Assembly (NCBI GenBank): GCA_041650775.1
Contig: JBAZKO010000001.1
Span: 134,008-198,007 of the forward strand
Direction of reading: 5' to 3'
DNA from: Patescibacteria group bacterium
Lineage (GTDB): Bacteria > Patescibacteriota > Patescibacteriia > Patescibacteriales > UBA12465
DNA length: 64,000 nucleotides
The notes below the pieces were generated by a model. It made no database searches, was not told where the DNA came from, and was given only the letters and a program-made list of their open reading frames with translations. This document shows positions 12,155 to 22,869 of the stretch, piece after piece. Every line of letters begins with the position of its first letter. Within the stretch, counting starts at the first letter, position 1. The position numbers and the translations under genes were made by a program.

Positions 12155-12445
12155 TTATTCCACAATAGCGATAATATCATTCTCGCTTAAAACCAGATAA
12201 TCTTCACCGTCGATTTTTATTTCATCCGGCGAATATTTCTTGAATATTATCTTATCACCGACTTTTACCGTCATAGCCGCAGTCTGGCCGTTATCTAAAA
12301 TCCGGCCGCTACCGATAGCCAAGACTTCGCCCTTTTCCGGTTTTTCCTGGCTGGCGGTATCCGGTAAAACAATCCCGGACTTTGTCATTTCTTCATTCTT
12401 CGAAGGTTTAACAATAACATTGTTAAATAATGGCTTTAGTTTCAT
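12155..12445 (-). CDS. groES: co-chaperonin GroES
   Basis: 96 aa with a typical Cpn10 sequence (KPLFNNVIVKP...GIVLPDTA...EKPEKGEVLAIG). Confidence 0.96.
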   Translation of the reverse strand: MKLKPLFNNVIVKPSKNEEMTKSGIVLPDTASQEKPEKGEVLAIGSGRILDNGQTAAMTVKVGDKIIFKKYSPDEIKIDGEDYLVLSENDIIAIVE

Positions 12446-12473
12446 ATTTTTAGCTTAGATTAAATAATTTTTA

Positions 12474-12500
12474 TTAGCACTCCGGATGCCTAAGTGCTAA
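12474..12500. promoter_or_regulatory. CIRCE operator (HrcA site) upstream of groES
   Basis: TTAGCACTC-N9-AAGTGCTAA compared with consensus TTAGCACTC-N9-GAGTGCTAA. It lies between the promoter and the groES start. Confidence 0.9.
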
Positions 12501-12510
12501 CTATATTAAT

Positions 12511-12539
12511 ATTTTAGAGCTTAGTGAAGCGGTTGTCAA
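12511..12539 (-). promoter_or_regulatory. sigma70-type promoter for groESL (TTGACA-17-TAAAAT)
   Basis: Read on the minus strand: -35 at 12539-12534 and -10 at 12516-12511. CIRCE begins about 10 nt downstream. Confidence 0.75.
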
Positions 12540-12561
12540 TATCCCGAAATGATAGTAAAAT
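12533..12561 (+). promoter_or_regulatory. candidate promoter for uppP (TTGTCA-17-TAAAAT)
   Basis: -35 at 12533-12538 and -10 at 12556-12561, 21 nt upstream of the uppP ATG. Its -35 overlaps the groES -35 on the opposite strand. Confidence 0.55.
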
Positions 12562-12582
12562 GAAGATACCAACATAAAATTT

Positions 12583-13404
12583 ATGACTATTTTCCACAGT
12601 TTAATTTTAGGCTTTATCGAAGGCCTGACTGAATTTCTCCCGATTTCTTCAACCGCTCATTTAATTTTAGCAGGCGAGTGGCTGAGGATTCCCACTACCG
12701 AATTCCTGAAAACTTTTGAAATTTCCATCCAGCTCGGCGCCATTCTGGCCGTTGTCGTCTTATATTGGAAAAAAATTTGGAATTCCTGGGATCTCGTCGG
12801 CAAAATTATCACCGCTTTCATTCCGACAGCCCTAATCGGCTTAATTTTTTATAAAATCGTCAAAAATTATCTAATGGACAATAACTATCTTATCGCCGGA
12901 GCTTTGCTTATCGGCGGTATTATTTTGATTCTGTTTGAAAAATATTATTCGCGAAAGAATTCCGCCAAAACCGAAAAAGAAAAAGAGGCGGCGGCCGGTC
13001 TGGCGACCGAAGAGATTAATCTTTCTTATAAACAAGCGGCGATTATCGGCCTTTTCCAATCGCTGGCAATCATTCCCGGAATTTCCCGTTCTGCCGCGAC
13101 GATTATCGGGGGGTTAAGTTTAGGGATAAATCGTAAAAATATAGTGGAATTTTCTTTTCTTTTGGCCGTCCCGACAATGCTTGCCGCCACCGGTCTAGAT
13201 TTGTACAAAAATCAGGAGATTCTAAAAACTCTGGCCAGCCAAGAATTGATAATTTGGTTGGTCGGCTTCGGAGTTTCCTTTATCACGGCCATCATCGGCG
13301 TCAAATTCTTTATCAGATACATCCAAAAAAACAATTTCGTTCCCTTCGGTTGGTATCGGATAATTTTGGGCCTGACGGTTTTCGGGTGGCTGTTAATGAG
13401 ATAA
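12583..13404 (+). CDS. uppP: undecaprenyl-diphosphate phosphatase (BacA/UppP)
   Basis: 273 aa, polytopic, with BacA motifs GFIEGLTEFLPISSTAHL and PGISRSAATI. Confidence 0.93.
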   Translation: MTIFHSLILGFIEGLTEFLPISSTAHLILAGEWLRIPTTEFLKTFEISIQLGAILAVVVLYWKKIWNSWDLVGKIITAFIPTALIGLIFYKIVKNYLMDNNYLIAGALLIGGIILILFEKYYSRKNSAKTEKEKEAAAGLATEEINLSYKQAAIIGLFQSLAIIPGISRSAATIIGGLSLGINRKNIVEFSFLLAVPTMLAATGLDLYKNQEILKTLASQELIIWLVGFGVSFITAIIGVKFFIRYIQKNNFVPFGWYRIILGLTVFGWLLMR

Positions 13405-13424
13405 GGAATAGCAACTACAAAAAC

Positions 13425-13457
13425 ATAAAAAAAATAGAGCCTAAGACTCTATTTTTT
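13425..13457 (+). terminator. intrinsic terminator after uppP
   Basis: AATAGAG-N7-CTCTATT followed by TTTTT, with an A-run upstream, so it may act in both directions. Confidence 0.7.
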
Positions 13458-13476
13458 GAACATTAATCGCACCAAT

Positions 13477-13932
13477 TTATTTATCCAACGGCTTCAAGGA
13501 AGAATGATGATGCTTAATTTTCCAATCGCCTGCTTCGTCTTTCTGCCAAAGGAAAGTAAAGCGAGCTTCCACCGTCTGGCGATTATTTTCTTCTCCGATC
13601 TCAAAATCATACAGGCCGGAATGTAAAAAACCGGAAATATTGCCGTCTTTATCAACAGCGGTTTCTTGTACCGCTTCCTCAATAACCTGGCCCTCAGGAT
13701 TTTTCTCTAAAAAATGTTTGAAGTACTTTTCCGCTCCGTCTTGTCCGTGTTTGAATTCCGGATTAAGCGTCGGCAAAAAACTAGCATCTTGAGTATACAA
13801 CGACGCCACTTCATGCGCATCCCGACTGAGCAAAGATTGATTCCAGGCGCTAAAATTCTTAGTCGCTAATTCTTTTAACTCCGTCTGTCGTTCTTTTTCC
13901 ATACTATTCATTTTATTTGATTCGTGAAACAT
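13477..13932 (-). CDS. NTF2-fold protein (SnoaL / DUF4440 / CaMKII-association-domain-like)
   Basis: 151 aa. The sequence pattern (LYTQDASFLPT...ARFTFLWQKDEAGDWKIKHHHSS) is typical of small NTF2-like proteins. The exact family is not determined. Confidence 0.55.
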   Translation of the reverse strand: MFHESNKMNSMEKERQTELKELATKNFSAWNQSLLSRDAHEVASLYTQDASFLPTLNPEFKHGQDGAEKYFKHFLEKNPEGQVIEEAVQETAVDKDGNISGFLHSGLYDFEIGEENNRQTVEARFTFLWQKDEAGDWKIKHHHSSLKPLDK

Positions 13933-13961
13933 ATATTTATAATGTACAATTATTATATTAA

Positions 13962-14402
13962 TTATTTATTATCCGTTCCTTTAAGCCTCCGCCAGCGACT
14001 GACCGCCCGTAAACGTGCCAGTTCTTTCTCAATCTTCGCGGCGATGGCGGTGAATTGGACATCGTCTTCGGCTTTGGCGTTCTTCTTCAGCTCCTCCGCC
14101 CGCGCCTTGGCTTCTTGAATACGCGTTTCATCCAGTTCCTCGGCTCGTTCGGCCGTATCGGCCAGAACGACTATCTTATCTTTTCTGACTTCAATAAAAC
14201 CGCCGGACACCGACATGATTTCCGGTGAACCGTCAGGGAGTTTAAGTTCAATAACTCCGGGCTGTAAAACCGAAACCAACGGAATATGATCCGGTAAAAT
14301 AGTAATTTCTCCGCTGGTCGTCGGCACGGTAATCTGCAGGATTTCCTGTTGCAAGACGACGCGTTCTGGCGTAACGATTTCAAACTTTATAATCTTGGAC
14401 AT
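13962..14402 (-). CDS. atpC: F1 ATP synthase epsilon subunit
   Basis: KFEIVTPERVV...GVIELKLPDG...VSGGFIEV, followed by a helical C-terminus. The start is set at ATG 14402 (MSKIIKF). Confidence 0.9.
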   Translation of the reverse strand: MSKIIKFEIVTPERVVLQQEILQITVPTTSGEITILPDHIPLVSVLQPGVIELKLPDGSPEIMSVSGGFIEVRKDKIVVLADTAERAEELDETRIQEAKARAEELKKNAKAEDDVQFTAIAAKIEKELARLRAVSRWRRLKGTDNK

Positions 14403-14422
14403 AACTAATAGCAATCTAAGAT

Positions 14423-15835
<1,413 letters not shown>

Positions 15836-16798
15836 TTACTCCGCCAGCGCATTCGCGCCGGCGCTGATTTCCGCGATTTCCCCGGTAATCGCCGCCTGGC
15901 GGGCTTTATTATAAAATAAGGTCAACTCACTCACCATATCATCCGCCGCTTCCGTCGCCTGGTGCATCGCGGTCATCCGCGCGCTGTGCTCCGACGCGTT
16001 CGCTTCCAGAAACGCCTGATACAACTGCACTTCCAATAGACGCGGAATCAGCAAATCAAGAACTTCCGTCGGGCTGGGTTCAAAAATATATTCATTGATA
16101 ACTTCGCCGCTATTTTTCTTAGCGTCAGGGATTTCTTGATTATTCGGAGACTTCCGACTATCTGTCTTATCATCCGCCGCCTGATTGCTGGCATTTCCTA
16201 AATTTTCATCCGCCGCGCCCGCTTCGACCGGCAATAATTGTTTAACCCGCGGTATCTGTTTCACGGGATTGATAAAATCGGTATAAGCGACGAATATCTG
16301 ATCGTATTTACCGTCCTGATAATCAGTCAGGACCATCTTTACTATCGGATAAATCTCCGCTGTTTCGGTAATCAATTCGCCTTTCTCGAACTCGGCGGCG
16401 ATATTGTGTCCCTGGTTATGGATTGACGCACCTTTCTTGCCAGCCAGAATAAAATCAACTTGAAAATTACGATTTTTAAAAATTTCTTTTGACTTATTAA
16501 TCACTGCCGTATTATAACCGCCACACAAACCGCGGTTGGCCGTAATTAAAATAACACCAACTTTTTTAATTTCCAATCGCGGGGTCAACAAGGGATGAAG
16601 GGATTCACTGCTGTTCTTATTTAGCTTAGCCAAATGCCAAACCATTTCCCAACTCAAACCGGCATAACGCCGAGTCTTTAAGACCGCGTCGATCGCTTTT
16701 TTCATTTTGGACGCCGCCACCATTTCCATGGCTTTCGTGATTTTCTTGGTGCTGGAAACGGATTTAATGCGGCGCGATATTTCTTTGGTCTTAGCCAT
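15836..16798 (-). CDS. atpG: F1 ATP synthase gamma subunit
   Basis: 320 aa with N-terminal IKSVSSTKKITKAMEMVAASK and C-terminal ITGEIAEISAGANAL. It carries an internal low-complexity insert. Confidence 0.93.
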   Translation of the reverse strand: MAKTKEISRRIKSVSSTKKITKAMEMVAASKMKKAIDAVLKTRRYAGLSWEMVWHLAKLNKNSSESLHPLLTPRLEIKKVGVILITANRGLCGGYNTAVINKSKEIFKNRNFQVDFILAGKKGASIHNQGHNIAAEFEKGELITETAEIYPIVKMVLTDYQDGKYDQIFVAYTDFINPVKQIPRVKQLLPVEAGAADENLGNASNQAADDKTDSRKSPNNQEIPDAKKNSGEVINEYIFEPSPTEVLDLLIPRLLEVQLYQAFLEANASEHSARMTAMHQATEAADDMVSELTLFYNKARQAAITGEIAEISAGANALAE

Positions 16799-16799
16799 C

Positions 16800-18323
16800 T
16801 TATTTCATTAAATAATCCACTGTATCCTTATAATCATTAATCAATTTTTTCATCTTCGTTTCAATTTCGTCGGTCAACTCCTTCTTCTCTTCAATCAATC
16901 TTAAAGCTTCGTCATTCAGGTCGGCGTGCTTGTATAAACCGGCTTCAAATTCGCGAACACGCTCCACCGGCACATTATCCATCAAGCCGTTAATCAGCGT
17001 GTAGTAAATCAAAACCTGTTTCGCGACCGCTAAAGGCTGATATTGATCTTGTTTGAAGATTTCATATAAGCGTTGGCCTCGTTCAATCTTTTTCTTCGTA
17101 TCCGCGTCCAAATCCGAACCGAATTGGGCAAAGGACGCCAGTTCGCGATATTGCGCCGCCTCCAAACGCATCTTGCCAGCCACTTTTTTCATCGCCTTAA
17201 TCTGCGCCGAAGAACCGACGCGGGAAACGGACAAACCGGCGTTAACGGCCGGACGATTACCTTTATAGAACAAATCTGGTTCCAAGAAAATCTGACCATC
17301 GGTAATAGAAATAACGTTAGTCGGGATATAGGCGGAAATGTCGCCGGCCTGGGTTTCGATAATTGGCAAGGCGGTAATGGAACCGCCGCCATTTTCTTTA
17401 TTTAATTTACAGGCGCGTTCCAACAAGCGGGAGTGCAGATAGAAAACATCGCCCGGATAAGCTTCGCGTCCCGGAGGTCGTCTTAATAATAATGATATTT
17501 CACGATAAGAAACGGCGTGCTTGGATAAATCATCATAAATAATCAAGACGTCTTCGCCTTTATCGCAAAAATATTCGGCTATCGCGCAACCGGCATAAGG
17601 CGCGATATAAAGCATAGAAGCCGGATTAGAAGCTCCCGCCAGAACTACCGTCGTGTAAGCCATAGCACCCGCCTCTTCCAATTTCGCGACGATACCCGCA
17701 ATCTTGGATTCTTTCTGACCGATAGCCACATAAATACATTTCATATTCTGGCCTTTCTGATTGATAATCGCATCAATCGCCAAAGCGGTTTTACCCAACT
17801 GACGATCGCCGATAATAAGTTCGCGTTGGCCGCGGCCAATCGGAATCATAGCGTCAATCGCTTTGATACCGGTCTGCACCGGTTGTTTGACGGATTCGCG
17901 GGTAATAACGCCCGGAGCAATTTTTTCAACCGGATAAAATTGGGAAGTTTCAATCTTACCTTTGCCGTCCAAAGCCTCGCCCAACGGATTGACCACGCGA
18001 CCAATCAGCGCTTCGCCGACCGGAACTTCCAAAATTCTTTTGGAGGCGCGGACTTCGTCACCTTCTTTAATGGCTGTATAGTCGCCTAAGATAATGGCTC
18101 CGACCTGATTTTCTTCCAAATTCAAAGCCACGCCGGTCACTTCGCCGTTTTCGGTTTTAAACATTAAAATTTCGCTCATCATCGCTTCCGCCAAACCGGA
18201 AACAAGAGCAATGCCGTCGGAAACCTTTAAAACGCGTCCAACCGACTTTTCGCTGATTTCAGCCTTAAAACCGGATATCTCCTCTTTCAGCTGTTCGATG
18301 ATAAAATCTTTTGTAGTTGACAT
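16800..18323 (-). CDS. atpA: F1 ATP synthase alpha subunit
   Basis: 507 aa with Walker [10 protein letters not shown]. Canonical alpha sequence. Confidence 0.97.
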   Translation of the reverse strand: MSTTKDFIIEQLKEEISGFKAEISEKSVGRVLKVSDGIALVSGLAEAMMSEILMFKTENGEVTGVALNLEENQVGAIILGDYTAIKEGDEVRASKRILEVPVGEALIGRVVNPLGEALDGKGKIETSQFYPVEKIAPGVITRESVKQPVQTGIKAIDAMIPIGRGQRELIIGDRQLGKTALAIDAIINQKGQNMKCIYVAIGQKESKIAGIVAKLEEAGAMAYTTVVLAGASNPASMLYIAPYAGCAIAEYFCDKGEDVLIIYDDLSKHAVSYREISLLLRRPPGREAYPGDVFYLHSRLLERACKLNKENGGGSITALPIIETQAGDISAYIPTNVISITDGQIFLEPDLFYKGNRPAVNAGLSVSRVGSSAQIKAMKKVAGKMRLEAAQYRELASFAQFGSDLDADTKKKIERGQRLYEIFKQDQYQPLAVAKQVLIYYTLINGLMDNVPVERVREFEAGLYKHADLNDEALRLIEEKKELTDEIETKMKKLINDYKDTVDYLMK

Positions 18324-18389
18324 ATTATTTTATTTGTGATATAGTAAATAAGAACTAAAAGTAATTTAATAATCTAAACTCCAGGAACC

Positions 18390-18707
18390 ATGACACTCAA
18401 GAGAATAATCGCCCGTAAACTAAGGGGCCAGCAGAGAATCATTTCTAAAATTTTTATAGGTCGATATAAAACTTCGGCCTTTACCGATTTAGATTCTGCC
18501 CTGAGACATCAGGAAAGCATTAACCGCCATCTGGATTCCGAGATAAAAAATTTCATCTCAAAGAATGCGCGGCTATTCCTTAAGGGAATCTTTAAGGGTA
18601 ACCCGATTAAAAGACAAAAGGTAGATATTCGGGAAAACGGGGATTATACAGAAATTAAAAAAACTGTATATTTCCGAACAATCCCGAATCTCAACATCGA
18701 GAAATGA
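18390..18707 (+). CDS. hypothetical basic 105-aa protein encoded antisense to the atp genes
   Basis: ATG ORF inside the gap between atpH and atpA. An upstream TGATATAGT extended -10-like element and a strong plus-strand terminator 67 nt downstream support a real transcription unit. No recognisable domain. Confidence 0.45.
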   Translation: MTLKRIIARKLRGQQRIISKIFIGRYKTSAFTDLDSALRHQESINRHLDSEIKNFISKNARLFLKGIFKGNPIKRQKVDIRENGDYTEIKKTVYFRTIPNLNIEK

Positions 18708-18773
18708 TCAACCGGGGCTATTCACAACTCCCCGCGCCACGATCATTAAACGAAACATAATTTTCTCATCCCG

Positions 18774-18800
18774 CCGTCAGTCAAACTGACGGTTTTTTTT
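18774..18800 (+). terminator. intrinsic terminator (CCGTCAG-TCAAA-CTGACGG + T8)
   Basis: Perfect 7-bp stem followed by eight T on the plus strand only. Confidence 0.8.
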
Positions 18801-18811
18801 ATTTAAAACTA

Positions 18812-19213
18812 CTAACTACTTATTTTATCTCCCAATTCCGCCAGACCGTTCCTTAAACTGCCGTCAACAACCTTATTATCATATCTTAAAATGAATCCAC
18901 CGATTAAATTCTTATCTAGTTCTTCCTCCAGATTTATTTTTTTGGCGCCGGTCCGGGATTTCAAATAATCAACCACTAATTCCCGCGCGGTCGGACCTAA
19001 TTCGCGGGCGCTTATCAGTTTGGCCGCCAATTCTCCGTGTTCGCGATTCCACAATTCTAAAAAGGCCGTGATAATTTCCGTCGCCCTGTTTAACTCCCGC
19101 TTCCGTCCCAAGACGGCCGCAAAATTTTTCAAGACAGCCTTAATCTCCTTTTCGGTTTTACCGCTAAGGGAATCATAGAGGCCTCGGGCGTATTGTTGCG
19201 CGGATATTTTCAT
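18812..19213 (-). CDS. atpH: F1 ATP synthase delta subunit (short form)
   Basis: 133 aa, OSCP-like (YARGLYDS...IGGFILRYDNKVVDGSLRNGL), in the expected position after atpF. Confidence 0.85.
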   Translation of the reverse strand: MKISAQQYARGLYDSLSGKTEKEIKAVLKNFAAVLGRKRELNRATEIITAFLELWNREHGELAAKLISARELGPTARELVVDYLKSRTGAKKINLEEELDKNLIGGFILRYDNKVVDGSLRNGLAELGDKISS

Positions 19214-19215
19214 GG

Positions 19216-19704
19216 TTACTTAATCAATTTTTTAATCAATTCCCGATCCTTATCGCCGGTCATTTTCTCATTCAATAATTTCTCTACGGTCAGAATCACC
19301 AAGGCCGCGACTTCTTTTTTCATTTCTTTCAGGGTTTCCGCTTTATCGCGGGCGATTTTCGCTTTCTCGTTATTGATAACCTGGCCGATTTCTTCCTTGG
19401 CTTTGGCGACCAGTTCGTTCTTCCGGTCTTCCCCGCGCGCGCTCGCCTCTTCCACTATCAAGTTCGCCTGCTTCTTGGCGGCGGTGATTATCTCCGCCCG
19501 TTCTTTTTCAGTCAATGCCAGTCGCTCTTCGATTTCGTCGGCGTTCTTCAGGCTTTTTTCAATCTTAGCCGATCGTTCGCCCATAGTCTTAAATAACGGT
19601 TTAAAAGCGAACCAATATAAGACTCCGAAAACAACGGCAAAATTAATCGTCTGAGCGATCAAAAGTTTAACATCGACGTGGAAAGTAGAAATTAATGATT
19701 CCAT
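19216..19704 (-). CDS. atpF: F0 ATP synthase subunit b
   Basis: 162 aa with one N-terminal TM helix followed by a long charged coiled coil. Confidence 0.88.
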   Translation of the reverse strand: MESLISTFHVDVKLLIAQTINFAVVFGVLYWFAFKPLFKTMGERSAKIEKSLKNADEIEERLALTEKERAEIITAAKKQANLIVEEASARGEDRKNELVAKAKEEIGQVINNEKAKIARDKAETLKEMKKEVAALVILTVEKLLNEKMTGDKDRELIKKLIK

Positions 19705-19803
19705 ACGAATAAGTTGAATTTAATAAAGCGGACTGACAAATAATAACCTCACGTTTTCTCCCGAATTCGTCAACTGGCGGATCAGGAGAAATTCGTCAAA
19801 CGA

Positions 19804-20037
<234 letters not shown>

Positions 20038-20081
20038 TTAAATTAGTTTTAATTCTCTTTTCCCGTTTTCCCGCAGACTTC

Positions 20082-20894
20082 TTAATGTTCCTCGGCGGTC
20101 GTATTCATGGACAGATATGTCAGGATCAACATGGTAAAAATTAAAGCCTGAATCAAACCGACTAAAACCTCCAGGAACAGAAAAGGAATCGGCAGACCGA
20201 AGGCCATGATTGCCGCCATCGAAGCGAGCAGAACTTCTCCGGCGAAAACATTGCCGAACAACCGGAAAGACAAACTGGCGATTTTAGCCAACTCGCCGAT
20301 AATCTCTATGATGCCGACGAAAAGCTTAATCGGGTTGATAAACAAAACAGTCGGATCGGCTTTCACTTTTTTCGGTATTTCCAAAAGGGTCTTGATGTTT
20401 ATGAATTTATTAAAGTGATTCCAGGCGCCAAGGGCCATTACGCCCAAAATATGACTGGCGACCACGCCGATTATCGCCAAAGCCAAAGTCGCATTCAAAT
20501 CGGCCATGCCGCTCCGGAAATAAGGGACGAATAACAATTCTTCACCGGATTTTACCACCTGACCGATCGAACCGATACCCGGCAAAATTCCCAACCAGTT
20601 ATTGATAAGAATAAAAAAGAAAAAAGCCAGGACAAACGGCGCAAACTTCAAAGTTTTTTGGCGGCTACCGGTCACATTATCGAAGACATCCAGAAACAGC
20701 TCAACTATCGTTTCAAAAAAATTCTGAATGCCGCGCGGCACTAAACTTATTTTTTTCCGGATAGCGACCGCCAAAATGATTACCAAAATAAGCGCCAACC
20801 AGGAATTCAACATGGAATTGGTAATCGGAAAATTACCGATATGGGCAACCGGCTCAGCGAACAAAGTATTTTCTTGAATCAATTTTTCGGACAT
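20082..20894 (-). CDS. atpB: F0 ATP synthase subunit a
   Basis: 270 aa polytopic protein with the conserved SLSFRLFGNVFAGE arginine motif. Confidence 0.94.
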   Translation of the reverse strand: MSEKLIQENTLFAEPVAHIGNFPITNSMLNSWLALILVIILAVAIRKKISLVPRGIQNFFETIVELFLDVFDNVTGSRQKTLKFAPFVLAFFFFILINNWLGILPGIGSIGQVVKSGEELLFVPYFRSGMADLNATLALAIIGVVASHILGVMALGAWNHFNKFINIKTLLEIPKKVKADPTVLFINPIKLFVGIIEIIGELAKIASLSFRLFGNVFAGEVLLASMAAIMAFGLPIPFLFLEVLVGLIQALIFTMLILTYLSMNTTAEEH

Positions 20895-20934
20895 TATTTT
20901 AATTTTCTAACTTTAATTTTTTGTTCTGAATCCT

Positions 20935-21243
20935 CTATTCTAACGCTTCGTCTTTTTTTAAACTGTCGCCTTCGATCCTTTTCAATTCTTTCAGCGCGTT
21001 GATTATCAGGCCGAACATCGAGATCAGGAAAGCGACACCGGTCGTAATCAGAAAAAGCCAAGGGGACGTATTATATTTCTGATCCAGCCACTGTCCTAAA
21101 AACAAACCGATTAAAACCGGAAAGACGATCCAGGCGGATAAAACAGCCACTAGGCGCGCCACCGTCGGCCAAGAATAATTTTTTCCGGCCGGGGCGGGTT
21201 TAAGCGGAAGCGGGTTGCCGGAAACGGACATCTTATTATCCAT
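20935..21243 (-). CDS. small membrane protein at head of atp operon (AtpI/AtpZ-like)
   Basis: 102 aa with two TM helices, located immediately upstream of atpB. Assigned by position and topology only. Confidence 0.5.
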   Translation of the reverse strand: MDNKMSVSGNPLPLKPAPAGKNYSWPTVARLVAVLSAWIVFPVLIGLFLGQWLDQKYNTSPWLFLITTGVAFLISMFGLIINALKELKRIEGDSLKKDEALE

Positions 21244-21266
21244 AATTTTTAATTTTAACCATCTCT

Positions 21267-21295
21267 TTTATAGCGCAAAAAACCGAACGTGTCAA
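21267..21295 (-). promoter_or_regulatory. candidate atp operon promoter (TTGACA-17-TATAAA)
   Basis: Read on the minus strand: -35 at 21295-21290 and -10 at 21272-21267, about 24 nt upstream of the first gene of the atp cluster. Confidence 0.65.
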
Positions 21296-21330
21296 CTCTC
21301 TCTTTTTTTACGATTTATCCTATTTTACGG

Positions 21331-22182
21331 TTAAATTCGAAAAAAAGCGCGCGCCGTCGCCGTAGTCGCTTCCGCCACTTTTTCCAATTTGATACTCTTG
21401 ATATCGGCGATTCGATTGGCGACATATTGGACCAACAGCGGCTCGTTCCTCTGGCCACGGTAAGGTTCGGGGGTCATATAGGGCGTATCAGTTTCAATCA
21501 TTATCTTACCGAGCGGCGTTTTTCTGATCAAATCGTCCCATTGCTGACTGAAAGTAATCAGGCCGGTAAAAGAAATCAGGAGACCGAGACGAAAATATTT
21601 CCAGGCTAAATCCTCGTCGCCGGAAAAACAATGAACTACTCCCCAGGGCTTATCTTTCGGTATTAGATGCCCGTATTCTTTCTTGAATTCCTGTAAAATC
21701 ATCAGCAAATCATCATGCGCCTGACGGCAATGGATAATTACCGGTAAATCCAGACTACGCGCCAGTAACAATTGTTGGGCCAGAACTTCATGTTGTTTTT
21801 TCTTGACAGCGGAGATGTCTTTCTTTGGATCCAAATGGTAATAATCCAGTCCGATTTCGCCGATAGCTACGACTTTTTCGAATTTAGCCATTTTCTCATA
21901 ACTGCCGTAATCAAATTCTTCGGCGCGAGCGGCAATACTATAAGAATTGCCTTCTTCGGCACTATCAATCGGACCATCTTCCAGATGAATCGGATGTAAA
22001 CCGATAGCGGCGTAAACACCTTTCTCATATTTATTGGCATAATTCAAAGCCCGGCCGGAGGTTTTTAATTCCGAACCAACCAAGATCATCCAGGTATTAT
22101 TATCCAAAGACCGGCGGATGACCTCATCGGCGTCGTCTTTAAAAGCGGAAAAGTTGACATGAGCGTGAGTATCAATAAACAT
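21331..22182 (-). CDS. tatD: TatD-family metal-dependent hydrolase/DNase
   Basis: 283 aa with N-terminal FIDTHAHV, then GEIGLDY, HCR and ETDTPY motifs. Confidence 0.9.
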   Translation of the reverse strand: MFIDTHAHVNFSAFKDDADEVIRRSLDNNTWMILVGSELKTSGRALNYANKYEKGVYAAIGLHPIHLEDGPIDSAEEGNSYSIAARAEEFDYGSYEKMAKFEKVVAIGEIGLDYYHLDPKKDISAVKKKQHEVLAQQLLLARSLDLPVIIHCRQAHDDLLMILQEFKKEYGHLIPKDKPWGVVHCFSGDEDLAWKYFRLGLLISFTGLITFSQQWDDLIRKTPLGKIMIETDTPYMTPEPYRGQRNEPLLVQYVANRIADIKSIKLEKVAEATTATARAFFRI

Positions 22183-22206
22183 AATAGATTGATTGGCAAA
22201 CGAAAT

Positions 22207-22229
22207 TTAAAAAACGCGAAAATCGCGCT
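22207..22229 (-). terminator. intrinsic terminator after the Cys-rich micro-ORF
   Basis: On the minus strand: CGCGA-TTT-TCGCG followed by TTTTTTAAA, about 30 nt after the stop at 22258. Confidence 0.6.
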
Positions 22230-22257
22230 TTTCAAATTCTAATAACCGCTTAGATTA

Positions 22258-22401
22258 CTACTTCTTTTCGACATTTTCCGAACCGGCGGTTGTCGGTTTA
22301 GCTTCACCGCCAACCGGCGTCGCGCCGTCTTTTTTGCAACATCCGTCGTGACTATCGCACTGGCATTTGCAACCGAACAGTTTTTGGAACCAATTACACA
22401 T
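22258..22401 (-). CDS. 47-aa cysteine-rich peptide (metallothionein-like composition)
   Basis: Hand translation: MCNWFQKLFGCKCQCDSHDGCCKKDGATPVGGEAKPTTAGSENVEKK. It is below the ORF-track length cutoff. It has its own promoter-like element, a palindrome in the leader, and a terminator. Confidence 0.5.
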   Translation of the reverse strand: MCNWFQKLFGCKCQCDSHDGCCKKDGATPVGGEAKPTTAGSENVEKK

Positions 22402-22418
22402 ATTATTATAAACTAATA

Positions 22419-22432
22419 ATAAAGATCTTTAT
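22419..22432. promoter_or_regulatory. perfect 14-nt palindrome ATAAAGATCTTTAT abutting the -10 of the micro-ORF promoter
   Basis: Self-complementary sequence read directly. The position is typical of an operator. Confidence 0.45.
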
Positions 22433-22460
22433 ATTTTAACATCTGGACAAAGAAAGTCAA
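22433..22460 (-). promoter_or_regulatory. candidate promoter for the micro-ORF (TTGACT-16-TAAAAT)
   Basis: Minus strand: -35 at 22460-22455 and -10 at 22438-22433. Confidence 0.55.
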
Positions 22461-22489
22461 CAAAAGTGAGGGTTGATAAAATTTAGGTA

Positions 22490-22518
22490 TTGACAGAAAA
22501 TGATATAAGTTATATAAT
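22490..22518 (+). promoter_or_regulatory. perfect consensus sigma70 promoter TTGACA-17-TATAAT
   Basis: TTGACA at 22490-22495 and TATAAT at 22513-22518 with an exact 17-nt spacer, 40 nt upstream of the 90-aa ORF. Confidence 0.8.
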
Positions 22519-22558
22519 ATAAAATCATTAATAGTTCATTAACTTAAATAAATAAAAA

Positions 22559-22831
22559 ATGGAAAGAACTGCAGAAAATGCTACCTTGATTGCGGAAGAA
22601 ATAATCATAGCCATCACGGAGAAAGAACAAAAAACTTTTTCAATCAAAGACGATCGACTAAAAGAAATAATCAGACTGATGGAAGATAGCTCTTTATCGA
22701 TAAGGAAGCTGGAAGATATGCTAGGCATCAGAGACCATAAACTTTTAAAAATCGTCACGGGTACGGAAAATTTAGAAGAAGACTTCTATCAAAGTCTGAT
22801 CAGATTTTTTTCCATACTGAACGCCCATTAA
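22559..22831 (+). CDS. hypothetical 90-aa protein, possible small HTH regulator
   Basis: ATG ORF between a perfect promoter and a strong terminator. The segment SIRKLEDMLGIRDHKLLKIVTG looks helix-turn-helix-like. No confident family. Confidence 0.5.
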   Translation: MERTAENATLIAEEIIIAITEKEQKTFSIKDDRLKEIIRLMEDSSLSIRKLEDMLGIRDHKLLKIVTGTENLEEDFYQSLIRFFSILNAH

Positions 22832-22838
22832 ATTAACC

Positions 22839-22869
22839 AAAAGGACTGTAAAAAACAGTCCTTTTTTTT
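22839..22869. terminator. bidirectional intrinsic terminator (AAGGACTGT-N5-ACAGTCCTT + T-run)
   Basis: 9-bp perfect stem with an A-run before and a T-run after. It sits between the convergent 90-aa ORF and dnaJ. Confidence 0.85.

Noticed and set aside
19764-19799. 10-nt direct repeat AATTCGTCAA (minus strand TTGACGAATT) occurring twice, 26 nt apart, in the atpE-atpF spacer, plus a TTTCTCC/GGAGAAA hairpin.
   Set aside because: The TTGACG hexamers have no properly spaced -10 partner. The repeat is short and could arise by chance in a 100-nt spacer. It is noted as a possible processing site only.
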